This document shows, in pieces, positions 1 through 7,093 of a DNA stretch of 31,166 nt. Every line of letters begins with the position of its first letter. The first letter of the stretch is position 1. Under the pieces are notes generated by a model. The model saw only the letters and a program-made list of their open reading frames with translations. It ran no database searches and was not told the DNA's origin. A program made the translations under genes and the position numbers. Source of the DNA: Bdellovibrionales bacterium (GTDB lineage: Bacteria; Bdellovibrionota; Bdellovibrionia; Bdellovibrionales; JAMPXM01); contig JAYUEN010000465.1 of NCBI GenBank assembly GCA_043739185.1, positions 1-31,166 of the forward strand, in the 5' to 3' direction.

Positions 1-1
1 C

Positions 2-1222
2 ATCAAAGAATTTGTTTCAACCAAAGAGATGCAGCTGATCTACGTAAAGGCTCCGGACAAGGTGCACACGTGTAACTGTTGCGGCGGAGCTCAGGGCGCA
101 AAGCACTCGCAGTACAGAGTCATTGCGAAGCATATGCGCATGATGGGTTGGGCCGTCAGCATTTGCTTTTTTCGCGAAAAACGTTGGTGCGAAAAATGCC
201 AAGGCAATACATCAGAGTTTATAGATTTTCTTTGCCCGACATCACCTCACATTACACTTGAGCTTGCTTGGTGGATCAATCGCTTGAGCGAGATCACATC
301 TGTACTCTCAATATCAAAACTCGAATCTGTCGACAAAATGGCTTGCTACAAAGTAGATCATTTTATCTTGGCAAGGCTTCTTCAAGGTTACAAAATCCCA
401 AAAGTAAAACGCATAAGTGTAGACGAAGTTTATACCAGGTCCAAAAAGCAAATGAAAGAAGGCGAAACCCGAGATGATCTCTTTATGACGGTGATCGTAG
501 ATCAAAGAACCCACAAGGTCATTTGGGTCTCAAAAAGCCGAAGGAAAGAAGCACTTGATTTATTTTTTGAGATGATTGGACCTGAAGCTTGCAATGAAAT
601 TGAGGTTGTCTCAACTGATCAACACGAAGCTTACTCAGCCTCGGTTGCGCAGTACTGCCCGCAAGCAAAGGTAGTTTGGGATCGGTACCACCTTGTTCAA
701 AAGTTTAACGAGGCACTTAATGAAGAAAGAAAAGATGAGCTCAATAACATCGACCCCGAAGGCGAAATGGGTGATCTCATGAATGGAAAATATCGCTTTC
801 TTTATCTTAAAAAAGCTTCGCAGCGTTCAAGTTTAGATCAAAAACATATCGATGAGGTTATGAAGCTAAACGAGAAAATGATGAAGCTTGAGCTTATAAA
901 AGAGAACTTTCACCGCATGTACCGAGAACCTGATATGGGATTAGCTCAATTGAGACTCGGCGAATGTTACCAATGGGCAATGCAGGCAAACGCGCTTCAT
1001 ATTGTTGAATGGATCAGAAGAATAATGAACGAAGAACGATTCTGGAACTATTGGACCTACAAAGTAACGAGTGGTGTGAGTGAAGGAATTAATCGGGCAA
1101 TCAAAGGTCTAAAATGGCAGGCTTACGGCTACAAAAACATGGCCTACTTCGCTCTCAAAATCATGCAGAAATGTGGCTACCTCACTCACTCGAACTATCT
1201 CAAATCTATTGCCACTACGTAA
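2..1222 (+). CDS. ISL3-family DDE transposase, probably 5'-truncated by the window edge
   Basis: N-terminal Zn finger (CNCC...CEKC), HTH-like region, and ISVDE / STDQ / DRYHL / SEGINRAIK..K..AYGY motifs typical of ISL3 transposases. The frame is open from base 2 (IKEFVSTKE-M), so ATG at 29 may not be the true start. Confidence 0.92.
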   Translation: MKEFVSTKEMQLIYVKAPDKVHTCNCCGGAQGAKHSQYRVIAKHMRMMGWAVSICFFREKRWCEKCQGNTSEFIDFLCPTSPHITLELAWWINRLSEITSVLSISKLESVDKMACYKVDHFILARLLQGYKIPKVKRISVDEVYTRSKKQMKEGETRDDLFMTVIVDQRTHKVIWVSKSRRKEALDLFFEMIGPEACNEIEVVSTDQHEAYSASVAQYCPQAKVVWDRYHLVQKFNEALNEERKDELNNIDPEGEMGDLMNGKYRFLYLKKASQRSSLDQKHIDEVMKLNEKMMKLELIKENFHRMYREPDMGLAQLRLGECYQWAMQANALHIVEWIRRIMNEERFWNYWTYKVTSGVSEGINRAIKGLKWQAYGYKNMAYFALKIMQKCGYLTHSNYLKSIATT

Positions 1223-1227
1223 CTGGA

Positions 1228-1249
1228 CCAACAAAAAAAGGATTGAGCC
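1228..1249 (-). repeat. Putative right terminal inverted repeat of the ISL3 element
   Basis: ccaacaaaaaaaggattgagcc ends in GAGCC just after the transposase stop. The left IR is not in the window, so length and target duplication cannot be confirmed. Confidence 0.7.
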
Positions 1250-1397
1250 CCAAAACTAAGCAGGTATGTTCTGGTGTCTAACAATTTTCGGCTATTTGGA
1301 GCCTAAGTGTCCTCAAATCCAATGAAATGGCAAAGGATTGAGCACTCGCTTTGCAAATGAATGAGATCATTAAGACTATAATATTTTGGAGTCCTTT

Positions 1398-2894
1398 ATG
1401 AAAATTCAGTTTTTGAAGCTCATTGTTTGTGTTGGGTTTGTGCCTTTACTCACCAATTGTAATAAGGCTCAATATGGAGAAACGGCTAAGCAGGCTCCTT
1501 TGCCAGGTTTGGCAGCTCCGAAAGTCGCAGCTCCGGCGGCGAAGACAGTGCCGGCAGTACCTGCAAAAGCTGGTTCAAAATCTAAATTGACTGATATCGA
1601 TGGAGGCACCCCAGCATCAGATTCTAAGCCTGAAGTTTTGGTTACCACGACAAAATCTAATCCAGGGACCATTGATGTTTTACGTATCAATAATCCGCCG
1701 TCGCCAATCGTAATTGGGAATGCTCCAGCTACCCAGCCTTGTCCTCAACAGTGTAGCAGTGCACTCGTTCCTCAAATTCCGGTGGTCAATGCTCCGGCGC
1801 CGGTTCAAAATGTCATTTGTAAGAGTGGAACTTGCCATAAGAGTCCATTTGTTCAAACCTATATGTCTTTGGTGCAAAATGTAGATGTCTTGTTTGTAGT
1901 TGATAGCAATTCAAATTTGACAGATCAGAGATTCGCAGTATTTCAAAATATAGAGTCATTCCTAAACAATTTACCGGTCAATTTGAATTATCATTTGGCG
2001 GTACTTAATACCCAGGATGTTCAAACCTCTCTGTATGCAACGCCAAGTAATGCCGAACAAATTGTAAATATGGATCTGACTTCGGTAAGTGGAGATGATC
2101 GGGCCAAAATTATTGAGGCCGCAAAGCAAAATATTTGGGATCGCATTTCTACACTTAATACACAGAGTTTTACAGGCACTTCGGATAATATTTTAAAAAT
2201 TCTAGATCGCGCGATTTCTTCTCCTGAGCTTGAAAAAAATCAAGCCAAGGGTTTTTTCAGAAGAGATGCGGGACTAGTCGTTGTATCATTAACTGACGAG
2301 CGTGCTTCAAATCAGGTTTTGCATCCAAGCTGTAACGATTTGGCACGTAAAGTTTATGATAAAATTTCTGAAATCAAAACCTACGCGATTCAATTTCATA
2401 TTCGCCAAGTTTTGCCTATCGAGTTTATCGGTTTTGCAATGTTAGATACTGTTGACCCGGTTACTCAAGCCGCGAAACCCATTCTGAATTCAAATATGTT
2501 AGAATTATTGTATCTTGAGGATGGCGTATTGTATGACCTAGATAAAGCCAAATTGAACTTAGAGCAAATGAGAGCAGATCTTCGCTTTGCTGGCGACCGA
2601 ATTGGTCATATGTGGATGAAGCGAAAATTTCAAATCCGACCGGATCAGGCTTTGAATCCTGAGACAACATGTTTTGTCGCCAACGGGCAACAGATTCCAA
2701 CTATTTTCGTTCCTGAAATTAACGAATTGCGGGTTGATCCCAAAGCCAGCCGCCTCTTTGAGGCCGCTGCCGGCAAGGGACTTAATACCGATATTTTATG
2801 GTGTGAAAATGGCGAGAACAGAATAAGACTTCGCTCAAACGAGTACGCCATCAATTCACAATGTGCCGAGATTGCCTCTAAATTTCAGAAATAA
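1398..2894 (+). CDS. Lipoprotein with Pro/Ala-rich linker and vWA (MIDAS-like) domain
   Basis: GGAG RBS at 1388-1391 favours ATG 1398 over TTG 1386. Lipobox-like LLTN-C, Pro/Ala-rich N-terminus, and motifs VDVLFVVDSNSNL, LNYHLAVLNT and FFRRDAGLVVVSLTDE resemble myxobacterial/Bdellovibrio vWA lipoproteins. Confidence 0.7.
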   Translation: MKIQFLKLIVCVGFVPLLTNCNKAQYGETAKQAPLPGLAAPKVAAPAAKTVPAVPAKAGSKSKLTDIDGGTPASDSKPEVLVTTTKSNPGTIDVLRINNPPSPIVIGNAPATQPCPQQCSSALVPQIPVVNAPAPVQNVICKSGTCHKSPFVQTYMSLVQNVDVLFVVDSNSNLTDQRFAVFQNIESFLNNLPVNLNYHLAVLNTQDVQTSLYATPSNAEQIVNMDLTSVSGDDRAKIIEAAKQNIWDRISTLNTQSFTGTSDNILKILDRAISSPELEKNQAKGFFRRDAGLVVVSLTDERASNQVLHPSCNDLARKVYDKISEIKTYAIQFHIRQVLPIEFIGFAMLDTVDPVTQAAKPILNSNMLELLYLEDGVLYDLDKAKLNLEQMRADLRFAGDRIGHMWMKRKFQIRPDQALNPETTCFVANGQQIPTIFVPEINELRVDPKASRLFEAAAGKGLNTDILWCENGENRIRLRSNEYAINSQCAEIASKFQK

Positions 2895-2918
2895 AAAATC
2901 AAAGCCTGAGGCCAAGCT

Positions 2919-4652
2919 CTAGTTACCATCTGTACTGACGCGTTTTCGCGGGCGTCGGTACTTTTCAGTGGTTTTTTTTGCAGCATCTTCGGATTTATCA
3001 TTAGATTTATCATCGGTCTTATTTTCATTTGTACTGGCATCTGCTTTTGACTTTTTAGGTGGAAGAGCTTTGATATTTTTTTTCTTTGAGGTCGCTTTTT
3101 TCTTAGCTAAATTTTTCTTCTTGGCAGATTTTGCTTTTGATTTTTTGTCAGATTTAGATCCTGGGGATGTCTTTTTAGATTTTTCAGCCTTCTTTTCGCT
3201 TTCGATTGTTTGATAGCTTGAATCGAAGTTTGGAATTGATTTTGCGTCGGCTTTATTGAGACTGTCGCGATAGATTTTGAATTCGACTCGGCGATTGAGT
3301 GCTCTGCCCTGGTAATTATTGTTGCTGGCAATGGGCAAGCTTAAGCCGTAGCCTTTGGCTTCTACCTTTTCAGGCGGCAGATGGTCGCTTTCAACTAAGT
3401 AGGTGCGAACGGCTTCAGCGCGTCTTTGAGAAAGACTTAAATTATAAGCCGCACTACCGACTGAGTCAGTATGTCCTGAAATAATAAGTTTATTGAAAAC
3501 CGGCGGTTTATTGAGATAGCGGGATAATTTATCAAGGGTTTCTTTGCTGTCGGTTTCAATTTGATCTGAATTAAATCGAAACAAAATATCTTTAACGACA
3601 AAAGTTTCAATTGGAAGCTTCGGACTTCCTTCGAAGGGATCAAGGGGAATATTTTGATTAATAGCAGGGGTGAGATCGGCTTCAGTTAAAGGTGGCATCG
3701 GCTCAACTTTTTGAACGGATTGGCTGCCAAACAAAGGGCCAAAACTAAAGTTGATGCCAGCATAAACGCGCCACTCAGGATCCGCATTGCCACGCATAAG
3801 TCCCATGCCGCCGCCTGCATGAAGTGCGAGACCTGTAGTTAAATCGTATTTTAGACCAATGAGACTTTCGAGTGAGGACTCATATCGATCGGTATTGAAA
3901 TCAGTTGATTGCGCCGGCATCGCCCCATAAACCTCACCAATAATTTTGGTGTCGATTGAGCTCATCAAATAACTCGCGGCTAATGAGGCGGTATACTGGC
4001 TGCTAAAAGGCGCAATACCTAGACTAGGAATTGCTGTGCCGGGAGTACGAATTCTGTAGCCAGCATTTGCACCGATAACGACTTTACTTAGAGTGATATG
4101 GCCTGCGAGCTCAATATTATAGATTGGGTTATTGGGCGTTCCGGTAAAAGGAGAATTTTGAATGAGCGGAAAATTCATTGATAAAACCGCGGCCAAAGCG
4201 TTTTCGGTATCACCTAAAAATCGCAATTTAGTATTGGGTCTGACTTCGGTTACACCTATTTGCTCAAATTCACCATGAGGCAAATCCGAAGTGACATTCT
4301 GGGCAATTACCGAGGGCATTGAAATCCCAACATCCCAACCGCGCATAAGTCCTATGCCAAAATTGAAATCAAGCCCCGTTAAACTGTCGCGAAAATTATT
4401 TGCAGGCAGGGTATTAGTTGCCGCAAAATAAGGGAGAGTATTGACCGCATAATTGACGAAAGATCCAAGATTAATGACTCCTGGCTCAAGGGTATTTGCG
4501 GATTGAACAGTGACGAAATCAAGTCCACTGCTAATGGGTGCAAAATTTTGTAGATCACTTCCGACTATATTGGCGCGACAAATTGCCGTCCAAACAAGCA
4601 GAAAATATATTGAAATTATTGCGAGCCTGAATGTGATGCATGCCCGAATCAT
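2919..4652 (-). CDS. OmpA-family outer-membrane protein: N-terminal beta-barrel, OmpA_C peptidoglycan-binding domain, Lys-rich tail (TraB-like architecture)
   Basis: Signal peptide, amphipathic strands ending WRVYAGINFSF, OmpA_C motifs ILFRFNS, GHTDSVGSAAYNLSLSQRRAEAV, GYG..P, NRRVEF, then about 95 aa of Lys/Ser/Ala low complexity. Confidence 0.85.
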   Translation of the reverse strand: MIRACITFRLAIISIYFLLVWTAICRANIVGSDLQNFAPISSGLDFVTVQSANTLEPGVINLGSFVNYAVNTLPYFAATNTLPANNFRDSLTGLDFNFGIGLMRGWDVGISMPSVIAQNVTSDLPHGEFEQIGVTEVRPNTKLRFLGDTENALAAVLSMNFPLIQNSPFTGTPNNPIYNIELAGHITLSKVVIGANAGYRIRTPGTAIPSLGIAPFSSQYTASLAASYLMSSIDTKIIGEVYGAMPAQSTDFNTDRYESSLESLIGLKYDLTTGLALHAGGGMGLMRGNADPEWRVYAGINFSFGPLFGSQSVQKVEPMPPLTEADLTPAINQNIPLDPFEGSPKLPIETFVVKDILFRFNSDQIETDSKETLDKLSRYLNKPPVFNKLIISGHTDSVGSAAYNLSLSQRRAEAVRTYLVESDHLPPEKVEAKGYGLSLPIASNNNYQGRALNRRVEFKIYRDSLNKADAKSIPNFDSSYQTIESEKKAEKSKKTSPGSKSDKKSKAKSAKKKNLAKKKATSKKKNIKALPPKKSKADASTNENKTDDKSNDKSEDAAKKTTEKYRRPRKRVSTDGN

Positions 4653-4699
4653 ATGATGTCGCCTCGTCTAGATATTAGTGCCCCATACATAGGAGGTCT

Positions 4700-4727
4700 T
4701 TGTCAATAACTGAAGGAATTATATTAT
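4700..4727 (+). promoter_or_regulatory. Possible sigma70 promoter of the barrel/PAP2 operon
   Basis: TTGTCA (4700-4705), 16 bp spacer, TATTAT (4722-4727) in the divergent intergenic region. Confidence 0.35.
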
Positions 4728-4803
4728 TGCTTTGTGTCCAGGATTTCTTGAAGCGAAAAAAGACTTTGCACTCCTAATTGAACTCAAGAGATATTTAATA
4801 CCT

Positions 4804-5466
4804 ATGCATCTCAAAAAATCTGCAGCTTGGATTCTCTGTTTTAGTCTCTGCGGTCTTAGTAAAGTCGCGGTCGCCGGTGATACCAATGTCACAGCTAAGA
4901 GCCTAGTCCCGGTGGCTTCGCAATCACCAAGCAAGAGTGACAAGTGGTTTTTTTATCTTGGCGCCGGAATTCTGCCACAGCCCAAATTTGATAGCACTAT
5001 TCAATCTAATATTGATAGCGCTAAACAAACGAACTCATGGGTTGGAGAGTATGGGGGTGTGCTTGAACTTCCTGGCATTTACTACCGTGTAGGAGAAACC
5101 AGTTTAGTTGGCGTGATCGCAAATTTTATTTTCGAAAATTATGCCAGCGATTTTAAGCAAAGACAAAGTCTTGGCTTTGATACTTATAATGTCTCGATCA
5201 GTGCGATGTCCTCGACCGGCTCCGCACCGGGGCTTGGCTATTTTGCAAGAATAGATTTGGGGCCTTGCGATTTGGTTCAGATCAATGAAGCGTTAAATGT
5301 TTACAATCGAAATTATTATGCCGGCATTTTCGAACAATTGGCCCTGGGTTACGGCTTTCAAGCTTCTTCTAACTCAAGAATGCTTATTCATCTCAATAGT
5401 TTTTATGAAGATGTAAGCGATCATTACCAAGCCGGAATTTCTTTTAATATCGGATTTTTATTGTGA
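4804..5466 (+). CDS. Secreted protein, probable small outer-membrane beta-barrel
   Basis: ATG 4804 gives a clean signal peptide (MHLKKSAAWILCFSLCGLSKVAVA-G). Alternating aromatic/Gly strands and C-terminus GISFNIGFLL. The TTG start at 4732 is less plausible. Confidence 0.6.
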   Translation: MHLKKSAAWILCFSLCGLSKVAVAGDTNVTAKSLVPVASQSPSKSDKWFFYLGAGILPQPKFDSTIQSNIDSAKQTNSWVGEYGGVLELPGIYYRVGETSLVGVIANFIFENYASDFKQRQSLGFDTYNVSISAMSSTGSAPGLGYFARIDLGPCDLVQINEALNVYNRNYYAGIFEQLALGYGFQASSNSRMLIHLNSFYEDVSDHYQAGISFNIGFLL

Positions 5467-6335
5467 GCAAAATCCAAAGACTTTCAAAATTAGTCTTGAT
5501 TTTTTTATTTGGCTTTCAGACAGCGCAGGCCGTTGATTTGAATAATGATATGGCAAAGCCAGGCGTTTTGGATGTGGTCACCAATATTCCAGATGATATG
5601 TCTCTTTGGTGGAAGGAAACTTTTAGCAAAGAGAATATTCCGATGCTTCTGGGTGTTTTAGGAATGACCACGGTCGGGACCATGACAGACTATGAAACTT
5701 GGCAGGCTGTAAGGCGCCCCTATATCGAGAGCGAAAGTTTTAAAAAGTTTTCGGACTATGGCGAAATCATTTCCAACGGAAATTTTCAAGTGGCCATGAC
5801 GGGTGGGTTTTTATTTTTGGGAACTGTGACCACAAATCATCGGGCTTTGAGGACTGGCGAACAAATATTAGAGGCTCTACTTTCGAGCGGCATCGTTGTG
5901 CAGGTTATTAAGCATTCAACGGGTCGGGAGAGTCCGGTGAGCTCAACACAAAGAGATGGGCACTGGAGCGTCTTTCCCAATCAACGAGAGTATATGAAGG
6001 ATTATCAAAGCCACGATGCCATGCCTTCTGGGCATTTATCAACTGCGATGGCTGCTTTTATTGTGGTTCAAGAAAATTATCCCGAGCAGGCCTGGATTCC
6101 TTGGGTTGGCTATCCCGTTATGGCTTGGGTCTGCGTCGGTCTTGTTGGTAGCGGAATTCATTGGTGGAGCGATTTCCCAATAGCCGCAGCACTTGGTTAC
6201 CATTTTGCAAAAATTGTGACGCGAAATAATTATCCGCACCCTGAACTTGATAAGAATAGCTTTTTTCATCCTGATATCCTGCCTTCATTTGCCGATAACG
6301 GAGAGCCCATGGTCGCTGCCAGGTGGAGATGGTGA
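5463..6335 (+). CDS. PAP2-superfamily membrane protein with degenerate phosphatase motifs
   Basis: Signal peptide (AQA-V); C1 KHSTGRESP, C2 PSGH, C3 GLVGSGIHWWSD; 4-bp GTGA overlap with the upstream gene. Confidence 0.8.
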   Translation: MSKIQRLSKLVLIFLFGFQTAQAVDLNNDMAKPGVLDVVTNIPDDMSLWWKETFSKENIPMLLGVLGMTTVGTMTDYETWQAVRRPYIESESFKKFSDYGEIISNGNFQVAMTGGFLFLGTVTTNHRALRTGEQILEALLSSGIVVQVIKHSTGRESPVSSTQRDGHWSVFPNQREYMKDYQSHDAMPSGHLSTAMAAFIVVQENYPEQAWIPWVGYPVMAWVCVGLVGSGIHWWSDFPIAAALGYHFAKIVTRNNYPHPELDKNSFFHPDILPSFADNGEPMVAARWRW

Positions 6336-7093
6336 TTCGATCGCTTGTCTTGATGCTTTTGCTTGCGCTTCAAGCCCGAGCTGAGACATCAGCCGCCGTT
6401 GATAGCTTCAACTCAAAAGTTTTATTAAGTGATCTCGCTTCGCCCTGGACGACTCGCGCTGATCGGATTTTTTATTCCGGAACCGGGCTCACACTTTTAA
6501 GTTTGGCAATTGAGCACTCAACGAATGAGCAGTTTCAAAACGAAGTTTCGTCTTCTAAACCTTTAGGAGAGAGCTCAAAATTTGGCGATCTTATGGGGCA
6601 ATTGATTCCGAATGCCACCTATAGTCTCGGAATGTGGAGCATATATTATTTCAGCGATGATCAAGCTGCAAAAGAAAAAGCTTTGAAGCGAGCCATTTTT
6701 ATGTTTGAGACAACACTCTACGCCGCGAGTGTAACCACATTATTAAAGTATTCAGTAAATGAGCCAAGGCCAAATAATAGCGACCACTATTCTTTCCCAA
6801 GTGGGCACTCGACTACGATTTTCTCATTTGCCGGCGTCGTCGGCCTTGAACATGAATGGTATTATGCCGTTCCGGCTTATGCCTTGGCCGCCTTCGTAGG
6901 CTTTAGCCGCATCAACGATAATATGCACTATCTTCATGATGTGATCGGTGGCGCAAGTATCGGGCTGAGTTATGCTTACGGCATTTGGTACAATCGGCAT
7001 CATTCAGAGGTAAATTCTACAGGAGTGAATATCTTCATTTTACCAACGGACGATCTTTCGGGAAGTATTGGTTCTCTGCAGTGGCGTTTTTAG
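6329..7093 (+). CDS. PAP2-family phosphatase
   Basis: Intact C1 KYSVNEPRP, C2 PSGH and C3 SRINDNMHYLHD; signal peptide (ARA-E). Start is ambiguous among 6323, 6329 and 6332; overlaps the upstream stop. Confidence 0.88.
   Translation: MVIRSLVLMLLLALQARAETSAAVDSFNSKVLLSDLASPWTTRADRIFYSGTGLTLLSLAIEHSTNEQFQNEVSSSKPLGESSKFGDLMGQLIPNATYSLGMWSIYYFSDDQAAKEKALKRAIFMFETTLYAASVTTLLKYSVNEPRPNNSDHYSFPSGHSTTIFSFAGVVGLEHEWYYAVPAYALAAFVGFSRINDNMHYLHDVIGGASIGLSYAYGIWYNRHHSEVNSTGVNIFILPTDDLSGSIGSLQWRF

Larger units (their letters stand above)
1..1249 (+). mobile_element. ISL3-family insertion sequence (left end outside window)
   Basis: ISL3-type transposase ORF followed 27 bp after its stop by a terminus reading GGCTCAATCCTTTTTTTGTTGG on the minus strand; ISL3 ends typically begin GGCTC. 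Confidence 0.85.

Noticed and set aside
1328..1356. Sigma54 promoter upstream of the vWA lipoprotein
   Set aside because: TGGCAAAGGATTGA has the wrong spacing and GAGCACTCGCTTTGCA lacks the invariant GG.
2968..3213. Phe-rich plus-strand ORF (similar ones at 13042-13253)
   Set aside because: Antisense shadows of Lys-rich coding sequence; no RBS or independent features.
4691..4777. AGGAGG followed by a 25-codon TTG ORF as a possible leader peptide
   Set aside because: SD-to-start spacing is only 3 nt and the region overlaps the promoter candidate; no other support.
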